Positions 24,352-32,000 of a stretch of DNA of 32,000 nt are shown here, piece after piece; within the stretch, counting starts at the first letter, position 1, and each line of letters starts with the position of its first letter. The notes under the pieces are model-generated. The model was not told the origin of the DNA and did no database searches. It was given only the letters and a program-made list of their open reading frames with translations. The position numbers and the translations under genes are program-made. Source of the stretch: Desulfovibrio sp. (GTDB lineage: Bacteria > Desulfobacterota > Desulfovibrionia > Desulfovibrionales > Desulfovibrionaceae); contig JAVBJS010000017.1 in NCBI GenBank assembly GCA_031546885.1, positions 1,349-33,348 on the forward strand, in the 5' to 3' direction.

Positions 24352-25608
24352 ATGCAAGGACAGAGTATTCCTATAGGCGTAGAATCGCTTGCTCAAGAAG
24401 AAGACTGGCGTGAGCCGGGCGTGCTCTATGCAGATGCGCCCGACCTGCTCGATATGTGGTATGGTATGGCTATGGCAGACTATGTAGCCGGAGGTTTTCG
24501 CAGTGATGACCCACGAGCTATCATGCAAGGGCCGCAGGAAACAAACGCTCTGGAGCAATTTTACAGCGAAGACTTGGCCCTTGGTAGAACCGCAGGAGCC
24601 GCTAGCGTCTATGGTAATGAATCTGCCCATTCACCCTCAGCACCTTTGGCGCAAGAATATATGCAGCCCGCCCCCATGGCACAGGCTCCGCAAGCCCCTA
24701 TTATGCAGCCGACCCCGATGATGCAAACTCCGCAAGCTCCTATTATGCAGCCGACCCCGATGATGCAAACTCCGCAAGCGCCATACACCGCTCCGGTCAT
24801 GCAGGCAGCTCCCACGATGCAAGCTCCGCATACTGTTTCGGATCTGCAACCTGCTCTCATGATGCAGGCTTCGCAACTTCCGCAGGCTCCGTATAGTGCT
24901 CCACCTATGCAGCCAGCTTCCATGATGCAAGCCCCACAGGCACAGTACATAGCTCCGGCCATGCAGCCTGCGTCTACGATGCAGGCCCAGTACATAGTTC
25001 CGGTTATGCCGCCTGTGCCTACGATGCAGGCTCAGTTCATAGCTCCGGCCATGCAGCCTGTGCCTATTGCACAGGTGGTGCAAACTCCTTACAGCGCCCC
25101 GGCGATGCAACCGGCATCTGTAGTGTCGGCTCCGCAAGCTGCGCATCCCGTTTTGGCCATGCAGCCAGCCCCTGCGATGCAGGTAGCCCCGGCAGCGATT
25201 ACGGCGCCGAATGCCGGAGGAGATGACGTGGCAGTGGTTGAGGCTGAATTGCGTGCGGAATTTGAAAATATTCTGTTAGCCATGCGCAGTGATAGCGCTA
25301 TGGATATTTCTTCCGCTCTTGCAACGATTTTTTCGCGGCGGCATCTGCTGACGCGGCGACAAAAGCATATGTTTTCGGAATTTGGCGCAACGCTTCGCCG
25401 CGAGCGCCAGCATAAGCATTCGCTTGCCTGCCATATGCAGGCTTTGCTTCTTGCCCCTGGTGATGGGCATATACTGTTTAATATAGCGCGGGCTAAATAT
25501 GATCTGGGCGATATTCCTTCTGCCAAGACATACTTGGAACAGGCCCTTGCGGCTTCGCCGGATTTTGCTGTAGCTCAGAATTTTTTGGACTTTTTGAATA
25601 GTAACTAA
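24352..25608 (+). CDS. Met/Gln/Pro/Ala-rich tandem-repeat protein with a TPR-like C-terminus, function unknown
   Basis: The track ORF starts at TTG 24334. ATG 24352 is preceded by GAGGGAG 9 nt upstream. The central region of about 190 aa is a degenerate array of MQ(P/A)xP...MQAPQAPY units. The C-terminus (HILFNIARAKYDLGDIPSAKTYLEQALAASPDFAVAQNFL) looks TPR-like. No obvious signal peptide. Confidence 0.7.
   Translation: MQGQSIPIGVESLAQEEDWREPGVLYADAPDLLDMWYGMAMADYVAGGFRSDDPRAIMQGPQETNALEQFYSEDLALGRTAGAASVYGNESAHSPSAPLAQEYMQPAPMAQAPQAPIMQPTPMMQTPQAPIMQPTPMMQTPQAPYTAPVMQAAPTMQAPHTVSDLQPALMMQASQLPQAPYSAPPMQPASMMQAPQAQYIAPAMQPASTMQAQYIVPVMPPVPTMQAQFIAPAMQPVPIAQVVQTPYSAPAMQPASVVSAPQAAHPVLAMQPAPAMQVAPAAITAPNAGGDDVAVVEAELRAEFENILLAMRSDSAMDISSALATIFSRRHLLTRRQKHMFSEFGATLRRERQHKHSLACHMQALLLAPGDGHILFNIARAKYDLGDIPSAKTYLEQALAASPDFAVAQNFLDFLNSN
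24688..24771 (+). repeat. 42-bp tandem duplication (2 copies, 1 mismatch) inside the repeat-protein gene
   Basis: 24688-24729 and 24730-24771 are CCGCAAGC(C/T)CCTATTATGCAGCCGACCCCGATGATGCAAACT, encoding PQAPIMQPTPMMQT twice. Confidence 0.9.
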
Positions 25609-25706
25609 GCAATTTAACTATGAAAGCCTCACTACGCCAGCAGGTGCTCGCGTAGCATGTCGATTCTTTACTATTATGGGATATCCCAAAGATTACGGGA
25701 GTTTTT

Positions 25707-26651
25707 ATGAACAAGGGAATTACCATAGCTGTTTTGGGTGTACTTTTATGTGCTATGGGATTGGTTTTTTATACACAGATGCAGCAGCCGCCTACCTTGT
25801 CCGGGCCGGTATTGGGTGGTTCTGTGCCTGAGCCCACTGGGCCGACTGTTTACACCTTGACGCCTCAGAGTATAGGGCAAAGCCCTTCCGTAAATACAAC
25901 TGGGGGGGGGCCTGCTCCTGTTGTTGTGAGTACGGGGACAAATAGTGAGTTGCCCAAGCTTTATCCGCCTGTAGTTTCCAGTGCTGCCCCAGTGGAAACT
26001 GAGCCGAAAGCGGTAGAAGCGCCAAAGCCGCCAAGTGCTTTTGCGGGAGCGAGCCTTACGCCTATTCCGATGGAAGGGAAAAAGCCGGAAGAAGCCCCCA
26101 AGGCTCCAGTGATCCCTATTGCTTCTGCCGGGGGCAAAACGGAACCTGCAAAGCCTGCTGTGAAGCCGGAGGATCCCAAAGTCCCTGCTAAGCCGACGGA
26201 TGATAAAACTCCCGCCAAACCAGGGACAGAAGGGGCGAAGCCACCTGTAAAGCCTACTGCGGATACCCAGAAAACTCCAGTAAAACCTGGAGCGGAAGGG
26301 TCAAAGGTAGCTTCTACAGAGCGCCCTGTCATTGATCCGGCGGGCAAGCGCACGCTGAAGGATATTTCTCTGCAAATCTCCGGGAAACAGGTTACCTTAT
26401 ATATCGAGGCAGATACTGCCATGATTAGTAAAACCTTTGCCCTTGTTGCTCCAGACAGGTTGGTTGTTGATTTGCCGGGGACATGGCAGGGAATGCGGGC
26501 TCCGGCTGTTCCCAAGAATAATATTGTGAAGTCTGCTCGTGTGGGAAGTCAACCTTCAGGCCCGCGGTTGGTGTTGGATTTGGAGCGTCCCAGCAAATTT
26601 GAAACAGCTACCAAGCAGGGTGAAAAAGTAGTGGAAATTCGGCTGCAATAG
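25707..26651 (+). CDS. Membrane-anchored AMIN-domain protein with a Pro/Lys/Ala-rich linker
   Basis: GGGAG RBS 6 nt upstream. N-terminal hydrophobic helix (ITIAVLGVLLCAMGLVFY), a PxKP-type linker, and a C-terminal AMIN-like beta domain (LQISGKQVTLYIEADTAM...LVVDLPG...GPRLVLDLERP). Confidence 0.75.
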   Translation: MNKGITIAVLGVLLCAMGLVFYTQMQQPPTLSGPVLGGSVPEPTGPTVYTLTPQSIGQSPSVNTTGGGPAPVVVSTGTNSELPKLYPPVVSSAAPVETEPKAVEAPKPPSAFAGASLTPIPMEGKKPEEAPKAPVIPIASAGGKTEPAKPAVKPEDPKVPAKPTDDKTPAKPGTEGAKPPVKPTADTQKTPVKPGAEGSKVASTERPVIDPAGKRTLKDISLQISGKQVTLYIEADTAMISKTFALVAPDRLVVDLPGTWQGMRAPAVPKNNIVKSARVGSQPSGPRLVLDLERPSKFETATKQGEKVVEIRLQ

Positions 26652-26653
26652 TC

Positions 26654-28324
26654 GTGTCTGTTTCTGCCCCATGTCCTTCCCGCTCCCTTGTCGTTGTGGG
26701 AGGCGGTATGCTGCTTTCACGGCTGCTTGGGTTTGTGCGGGATGTTCTTATTGCGCACCTGCTGGGGCCGGGGGCGGATGCTTTTTTGGTGGTTTTTCGG
26801 GTACCGCATTTTTTTAGACGACTTTTGGCGGAGGGCTCGCTTGGCATTGCCCATTCCGTTGCGTGTTCCCGCATTTTTGCACAGCAGGGGGCTTTGGCTG
26901 TGCTTGGTTTTTCCCGCCATGTTTGGGGCATGGCCTTGTTGGCGTCTTTGTCGCTCACAGGATTGCTTATGCTTGGGGCACAGCCCTTGCTGTTGTTGAT
27001 GGCACCCGGTCTTGGAAGTTTTCCTGAAATTGCGGAACAGGCCACGGGGTTTTTGCGCATCTGTCTCTTATATCTTCCACTCAGTGTGGTGTGTGCCGTA
27101 GCCTATGCCAGTCGCAGTGCGACAGGTGATTTTATTCCACAGGCCTATGGCTCGACACTGCTTAACCTTGCCATTATTTCCACTACCCTCGCGGTTTTTT
27201 TTCTTCTGCATATTGATCCCACAACATCAACCTACACCGCACAGCGTTTTCTATGCTTCGGCATTGTTGCGGGAGGGATTCTCCAGGTTCTTTTTTCTGG
27301 GGGCATACCGCGCGGAGTACGGCATATCCCTTTTTTTCACGATGGTGAGGCCTTTGCTGTTGTCAGGAAAACGCCCGGTCTGGCTTTGGGAGCTGCGGCA
27401 CACCAATTGCAGGTGATAGCAGGAACAATGATAGCCTCCTTCCTTGCGCAGGGAAGTATCAGTGCTCTTTATTTTGCGGAGCGTCTGCTGGAACTTCCGC
27501 TGGGGCTGGCAGGGGCCGCCATTGGTGTGGCTGTATTGCCAAAACTTGCTGTGCAGTATCAAGCTGAAAAACATGAAGATTTTTCAGTAACCTTAGGTTT
27601 TGGATTGCGCTTGAGTGCCTTTGTAAGTCTGCCAGCGGCTGTGGGACTGTTGGTTTTGGCGCATCCCCTTGCCCTTTTGCTTTTTGGGCATGGCGCTTAC
27701 GAGCAGGCTACTCTTGGCAGTATCAGTGGTTGTCTTGCTGCCTATGCGCCTGCCTTGCCTGCCCTGTGTGCCGCTCGCATTCTGCTTTCTGCCGTGGCCC
27801 TTGTGGAAAAAGATATTTTGGAAAAGCCTGAGGGGCGGGCTGCCGGGCCCTCTTCTGATATGGCTGCGGGGGCGGATGCTGCTGGTATGAGATTTGTTCC
27901 TGCACAAGTGGTGCTGATTAGCTTGGCTGTGGCTGTGGGGGCGGGTATTGTGTGTGTTCCCTTTATGGGGGTTGCGGGTGTGGCTCTTGGCAGTTCCCTT
28001 GGGGCGTGGTGCAATGTTCTGCTTTTAGTAAGACAATTGCGGAATCGAGGTGTTGCTTGCCCTTTTCGACAAAATTTCAGAGCGTTTCTCATGTATGCGC
28101 TGGGAGCACTGTGCATGGGTAGGGGAATACAGGGGTTGCTTATTTTGTTTTCGCCGCAAGGTAAAATAGCTCTTGCCATATTTTTCAGTGTGACTATAGT
28201 TTTTTGTATGATTTTCTGGTGCGGGGGATGGTTTTTTGCGGGTAATAGTGATTTGCATGGCATCATAACCTCCCTGAAAAAACAGATACCGGAGAGAGCA
28301 AGCTCTGATACCGGGTTGGATTAA
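26654..28324 (+). CDS. murJ: Lipid II flippase MurJ (MviN family)
   Basis: N-terminus LSRLLGFVRDVLIAHLLGPGADAFLVVFRVPHFFRRLLAEGSL matches the conserved MurJ opening. Multi-pass hydrophobic protein. GTG start 3 nt after the upstream stop. Confidence 0.85.
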   Translation: MSVSAPCPSRSLVVVGGGMLLSRLLGFVRDVLIAHLLGPGADAFLVVFRVPHFFRRLLAEGSLGIAHSVACSRIFAQQGALAVLGFSRHVWGMALLASLSLTGLLMLGAQPLLLLMAPGLGSFPEIAEQATGFLRICLLYLPLSVVCAVAYASRSATGDFIPQAYGSTLLNLAIISTTLAVFFLLHIDPTTSTYTAQRFLCFGIVAGGILQVLFSGGIPRGVRHIPFFHDGEAFAVVRKTPGLALGAAAHQLQVIAGTMIASFLAQGSISALYFAERLLELPLGLAGAAIGVAVLPKLAVQYQAEKHEDFSVTLGFGLRLSAFVSLPAAVGLLVLAHPLALLLFGHGAYEQATLGSISGCLAAYAPALPALCAARILLSAVALVEKDILEKPEGRAAGPSSDMAAGADAAGMRFVPAQVVLISLAVAVGAGIVCVPFMGVAGVALGSSLGAWCNVLLLVRQLRNRGVACPFRQNFRAFLMYALGALCMGRGIQGLLILFSPQGKIALAIFFSVTIVFCMIFWCGGWFFAGNSDLHGIITSLKKQIPERASSDTGLD

Positions 28325-28389
28325 ATGAAATATTCTGATTGTTGGGGCACCGCTCCAAACTCCCCCAACTTGCGCACCCGAAGCGATAA

Positions 28390-28415
28390 GGCTTCCCAAA
28401 GGGGTAAGCCCTTTT
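28390..28415 (+). terminator. Candidate intrinsic terminator after murJ
   Basis: GGCTTCCC-AAAG-GGG(T)AAGCC stem (8 bp, one bulge) followed by CTTTT. It lies about 66 nt downstream of the murJ stop. Confidence 0.45.
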
Positions 28416-28517
28416 GGCGAGGCGGCTTGGAGGAGTGAAGTTCCTTTAAAAATCAACAATAAAAATTGCACTTATTGATTTTGACTAGTTCCTCAAAAAT
28501 TTGACACGAGTACATAT

Positions 28518-28958
28518 ATGCCCCCCTTTCGTTTTCGCCTTGAACAGGTACTTGATTACCGCAAGCAGCTTGAAGATCAAGCTATTCAGGCTCTCGCCGC
28601 TGCGACTGCCGAGCGTGACGCGGCGAAGGAGCAGGCAGAGAGGCTTCGTGCGGAAATAGTTGAGCAGCGGGAGCGGATTTATAGAGCCGATTCTTTGACA
28701 AGCGCGGAGCTTTGGTTGGCCCAAAGCTATGAAAGCGCACTACGAGAAGACTTGGAACGTATTTTGCTTAAGATAGCCCAGTTAGAAGAGGAAGTGGATC
28801 ATTGTCGAGTGGATCTTGTGGCCAAGGCGCAAGAGCGAGGGCTTCTGGAAAAACTTAAAGAAAAACAGGCAGTGCGTCATGCCCAAAATGAACGGATTAT
28901 TGAACAGCGAGTCTACGATGAAACAGCAACATTGCGCTTCAAGCCTGCGTCCTTCTAG
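28518..28958 (+). CDS. fliJ: Flagellar export protein FliJ
   Basis: 146-aa all-helical, charged protein beginning PFRFRLEQVLDYRKQLEDQA. This is the typical F-x-F-R-L-x-x-V-L-x-x-R opening of the FliJ family. Confidence 0.7.
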   Translation: MPPFRFRLEQVLDYRKQLEDQAIQALAAATAERDAAKEQAERLRAEIVEQRERIYRADSLTSAELWLAQSYESALREDLERILLKIAQLEEEVDHCRVDLVAKAQERGLLEKLKEKQAVRHAQNERIIEQRVYDETATLRFKPASF

Positions 28959-29847
28959 GCTTTGTCGAATACTTCTCCTTGCGCTCGGGCTTAAGCTTAC
29001 TGTGCTTGGTTTTATGATGTGTGAGCCTCTAACAGCCTCCTTTGTGGGTGCTGTTACGGGTACGCCTGTGTCAGCAGCGCCCGGGGTTGCTCTTGCGGCC
29101 AATTCTAAGGCCGCTGCCGCTGCCGCCCCTGTTGCTCCCCCTGTTCTTGCTCCACCACCGGCTCAGGCCCTGCCGGACGGCAATTTGCCTGACGTAGGCA
29201 TTCAGCGCCCCACTCCCGGCAAGCTGTCAAATCAACTTACGCCAGGAGCTATTCCTGGTGTTGCAGCGCAGCCTGCTGTTCCTGTTGTACCTGTAACAAT
29301 ACCGAACACCACGCCGCGTACCCTGCCTGCCATTAACCGCAGCCTAGCTGCCCCCACTGCAATGACGCCTTCCATTGGCGGCACTCCGACTCCAGGCGCT
29401 CCTGGCGCAACGGGTGCTCCTGGCGATGTTGACGCCACAAGTGTGGCAAGTGCCGGGCCATCTTCAGTTGCGCCTGATATTGCCCGTGATACTTTGACCC
29501 GCAAGCAGGACGACCTTGCCCGCAAAGAGCAGGAGTTGCGCTCCCTTGAAGGCGATCTTTCCGCAAAGCTTGAAAAGATGCAAATTTTGGAAAACCGTTT
29601 GAAGACAATGGTACAAGATGCGGAAGAAACGCGTGATGCCAAATTTCGTCACCTTGTTGACGTTCTTGCCAACATGAAGGGCAAGAACGCCGCAGCCATG
29701 TTGGAAACGCTGGATCAGCGTGTAGCTGTCAAACTTTTGGCAGGCATGCGTGGCCGTCAGGCTGGTGAAATTCTTACCTTTGTTAAGCCAGAGGTTGCGG
29801 CGCACCTTACAGAGGCTCTGGCTCGCATGCAGTTGCCCCTTGAATAA
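28918..29847 (+). CDS. MotE / MgtE_N-like flagellar protein (membrane anchor, Pro/Ala-rich region, coiled coil)
   Basis: C-terminus FRHLVDVLANMKGKNAAAMLETLDQRVAVKLLAGMRGRQAGEILTFVKPEVAAHLTEAL is the MgtE_N/FlbB/MotE-type repeat commonly encoded after fliJ. The start is uncertain (28879, 28888 or 28918). I chose 28918 (MKQQHC...), just ahead of the hydrophobic LCRILLLALGLKLTVLGFMM. Confidence 0.65.
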   Translation: MKQQHCASSLRPSRLCRILLLALGLKLTVLGFMMCEPLTASFVGAVTGTPVSAAPGVALAANSKAAAAAAPVAPPVLAPPPAQALPDGNLPDVGIQRPTPGKLSNQLTPGAIPGVAAQPAVPVVPVTIPNTTPRTLPAINRSLAAPTAMTPSIGGTPTPGAPGATGAPGDVDATSVASAGPSSVAPDIARDTLTRKQDDLARKEQELRSLEGDLSAKLEKMQILENRLKTMVQDAEETRDAKFRHLVDVLANMKGKNAAAMLETLDQRVAVKLLAGMRGRQAGEILTFVKPEVAAHLTEALARMQLPLE

Positions 29848-30628
29848 AAATCGACTTAAGATTCGTTTGGCTTACGAGGGAACACGTTTTGCGGGGTGGC
29901 AGTTGCAGGCTTTTCGCCTCAAGAGCCGCCCCGTAACTGTTCAAGGGGAGCTTGAGCGTGTTTTTGCTACCATGATTGGCGAGCGCATACCTGTCATTGG
30001 AGCTGGCCGCACAGATGCAGGGGTACATGCCGAAGCTCAGGTCTGTCATGTAGATATTCCAGAAGCCTTCGCAGGCGTAAACTGGTTGCGAGCGCTCAAT
30101 GCGCAGCTTCCTCCCGATATTCGCGTGCTTGCGGTTGAGCCTGTACCGGCCACCTTTCATGCGCGAAAGTCGGCCCTTGTCAAAGAGTATGCGTATTCCC
30201 TTTGGATGCATGAAACACGCCCTCTCCCGCGTGTTCAATCTTTTATTTGGGGTGTCTCCCAGCTTGATGTGCAGGCAATGCAGGTTGCAGCGGGCTACTT
30301 AACGGGGCAGCATGACTTTGCTTCCTTTCAAAATTCTGGCACGCCTGGGCGGAACACTGTTCGCACTATTTTTTCCATTACAGCACGGGCAGGAACGGTA
30401 GGCCCCCTGGCGGTTCCCGCAGATTGGCCCGTGCTCACCTGGTGTGTGGAAGGAGAGGGCTTTCTTAAGCAGATGGTACGGAATATTATGGGGTTGCTTG
30501 TCTGGGTTGGGCAGCATAAACTCTCGGCAGAAGCTATTCCGCATATTCTTGCTGCCAAGGATAGAAGTTCCTTGCCAAGTCCCTCTGCACCCGCCAAGGG
30601 ACTGACTTTGCTTAATATTCGATATTAA
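29840..30628 (+). CDS. truA: tRNA pseudouridine(38-40) synthase TruA
   Basis: RLKIRLAYEGTRFAGWQLQ and GAGRTDAGVHAEAQV (catalytic Asp motif). I propose a TTG start at 29840 (8-nt overlap with the upstream gene). ATG 29750 would overlap it by 98 nt. Confidence 0.8.
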   Translation: MNKNRLKIRLAYEGTRFAGWQLQAFRLKSRPVTVQGELERVFATMIGERIPVIGAGRTDAGVHAEAQVCHVDIPEAFAGVNWLRALNAQLPPDIRVLAVEPVPATFHARKSALVKEYAYSLWMHETRPLPRVQSFIWGVSQLDVQAMQVAAGYLTGQHDFASFQNSGTPGRNTVRTIFSITARAGTVGPLAVPADWPVLTWCVEGEGFLKQMVRNIMGLLVWVGQHKLSAEAIPHILAAKDRSSLPSPSAPAKGLTLLNIRY

Positions 30629-30790
30629 GGCATATAGCGAATGAAAAGATTTTAGTACCCTGCTGGGCGCGGTAGCGGATACCCGCTTAGTGGGCCGTTT
30701 TATTGGTATTTGAAGAACGGATAAATAAGTTCTTAGACGCATCTTTTTAGTGCAAGAGGCTCCAGTCAGGGTATTTTGATGCTAAGGGTT

Positions 30791-30796
30791 TATAAT
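30791..30796 (+). promoter_or_regulatory. Possible -10 box upstream of manB
   Basis: Perfect TATAAT 35 nt upstream of the manB ATG. No convincing -35 at 16-18 nt spacing. Confidence 0.25.
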
Positions 30797-30830
30797 TGTT
30801 TGTAATTTTGCAGTATATTGCGAGGTTTCT

Positions 30831-32000
30831 ATGGTAAGTAACTCTGCTGCTTGTTTTAAAGCCTATGATATACGAGGGCGTGTTCCTGATGAATTGCATG
30901 CTGACCTTGCCGTAAAAATAGGTTTAGCTTTGGGGGTAGAGCTTGCGGCAAAGCGTATGGTCGTGGGGCACGACATGCGCCTTTCCAGCCCTGGCCTCTG
31001 CGCTGCTATTACGCAAGGACTGCGTGAAGCCGGTGTGAATGTTACCGACATAGGGCTTTGCGGTACCGAAGAGATATACCATGCCACCTTCTCTCAAGAT
31101 TTTGACGGGGGGGTTATTGTCACTGCGAGTCACAATCCGGCAGATTATAATGGTATGAAATTTGTGCGTAAAGGTGCGGCCCCCATAAGTGGTGATAGTG
31201 GGCTTTTTGCCATACGAGATCGGGTACTTACAGATAACCTTCCAAAAGCATCTGCTTTGGGCCGTTATGAACAGGCCAGCTATCGTGCGGAATATGTGCA
31301 GCATCTTCTTGGCTATGTGAACCCCACTGGTTTGCGCCCCATGCATATACTGGTGGATCCCGGCCATGGTTGTGCCGGCCCGGTGATACAGGCGCTTGCT
31401 CCGCACCTTCCCTTTGTTTTCAGCTATATGAGAGAAACGCCGGATGGAACCCTGCCGACGGGTGTGCCCAATCCGCTCTTGCCGGAAAATCGCGCTCACA
31501 CCATTGCCGCTATGAAAGCAACGGGTGCGGATATGGGAATTGCCTGGGACGGCGACTTTGATCGCTGTTTCTTTTATGATGCCCAGGGAAATTTTATTGA
31601 GGGGTATTACATTGTCGGCTTGCTCGCTCAGAGTATGCTTCACGCCCATGCTGGCGCAAAAATTATTCACGATCCACGCCTTGTCTGGAATACGCAGGAG
31701 TTGGTGCAAGAAGCAGGCGGCATTGCTGTGGAATCCAAAACAGGCCATGCTTTTATCAAGGAGCGAATGCGCCTTGAAGATGCCTGGTATGGCGGAGAAA
31801 TGAGCGCGCATCATTACTTTAAGCGTTTTGCTTATTGTGATAGCGGTATGATTCCATGGTTGCTGGTAGCAGAGCTTATGTGCCGCCGGGGAAGAACCCT
31901 TGCGGATCTGGTGCGGGAGCGGATGGAGAAATTTCCCTGTAGCGGCGAAATTAACCGGGCTGTCAATTGCCCGCAGGACGCTGTGGATGCTGTGCGTAAA
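30831..32000 (+). CDS. manB: Phosphomannomutase/phosphoglucomutase (3' end runs off the window)
   Basis: Absent from the ORF track because it has no stop in the window. ATG 30831 is preceded by GAGG. My translation MVSNSAACFKAYDIRGRVPDEL...VTASHNPADYNGMKFV... contains the phosphohexomutase active-site TASHNP loop and is collinear with E. coli CpsG/ManB as I recall it. The frame stays open for 390 codons to 32000. Confidence 0.9.
   Translation, partial: MVSNSAACFKAYDIRGRVPDELHADLAVKIGLALGVELAAKRMVVGHDMRLSSPGLCAAITQGLREAGVNVTDIGLCGTEEIYHATFSQDFDGGVIVTASHNPADYNGMKFVRKGAAPISGDSGLFAIRDRVLTDNLPKASALGRYEQASYRAEYVQHLLGYVNPTGLRPMHILVDPGHGCAGPVIQALAPHLPFVFSYMRETPDGTLPTGVPNPLLPENRAHTIAAMKATGADMGIAWDGDFDRCFFYDAQGNFIEGYYIVGLLAQSMLHAHAGAKIIHDPRLVWNTQELVQEAGGIAVESKTGHAFIKERMRLEDAWYGGEMSAHHYFKRFAYCDSGMIPWLLVAELMCRRGRTLADLVRERMEKFPCSGEINRAVNCPQDAVDAVRK

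Noticed and set aside
24609-25146. Minus-strand ORFs 24609..24995 and 24637..25146 encoding Cys/Gly- or Arg/His/Leu-rich repeats
   Set aside because: They are the antisense reading of the MQP-repeat array. The periodic repeats suppress stops in several frames. The plus-strand gene has an RBS and a structured C-terminal domain.
25961-28266. Minus-strand ORFs 25961..26515, 26608..27060 and 27742..28266
   Set aside because: They are antisense to the AMIN-domain gene (Pro/Lys-rich linker) and murJ. Their composition is low-complexity and no motifs are present.
28383-28390. GCGATAAG resembling the -10 of a sigma28 (FliA) promoter upstream of fliJ
   Set aside because: There is no TAAA-like -35 element at the expected ~15-nt spacing, and the motif overlaps the candidate murJ terminator.
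30924-31814. 296-aa minus-strand ORF, one of the longest in this part of the track
   Set aside because: It lies entirely antisense to the manB reading frame, which has the TASHNP active-site loop, a GAGG RBS and full-length collinearity with ManB/CpsG. The antisense product has no recognisable motifs, so I treat it as a shadow ORF.

Overview
The window has two parts. (1) Positions 1 to about 23,511 are an almost entirely minus-strand glycan-biosynthesis or glycosylation island of at least 22 genes. Many genes are translationally coupled: 4-nt ATGA overlaps at 5062-5065, 12877-12880, 17809-17812, 20197-20200 and 20949-20952, and 1-nt overlaps at 3085 and 6186. The island encodes two DegT-type aminotransferases, dTDP-glucose 4,6-dehydratase, a GNAT, a WecF-like transferase and a WbqC-family protein. 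It also encodes three paralogous radical SAM/SPASM-type enzymes, five SAM methyltransferases (three FkbM-type, one class I, one frameshifted) and three paralogous GT2 glycosyltransferases, one of them fused to a DUF115/Maf-like domain. The remaining genes are a CMP-sugar synthetase and a KAS III / ACP / ketoreductase / NeuD-like acyltransferase cassette. No flippase, polymerase, ABC exporter or priming phosphoglycosyl transferase is visible inside the island. (2) Positions 24,352-32,000 are a plus-strand block that looks like core chromosome: a Met/Gln/Pro-rich tandem-repeat protein with a TPR-like tail, a membrane-anchored AMIN-domain protein, murJ, fliJ, a MotE/MgtE_N-like flagellar protein, truA and a 3'-truncated manB. 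The 820-bp divergent intergenic region between the two parts (23,512-24,351) is structurally busy. It holds a 30-bp imperfect inverted-repeat pair enclosing 96 bp, a roughly 80-nt direct repeat carrying promoter-like TTGAAA boxes, and a 26-nt near-perfect palindrome. The middle of the island (about 8.0-11.1 kb) shows signs of decay or mosaicism: long AT-rich spacers, a frameshifted methyltransferase and a tRNA-3'-end-like fragment. The gene content of the core block gives me a Desulfovibrio-like impression, which I cannot verify. All functional calls come from motif and family recognition by eye, with no searches run.
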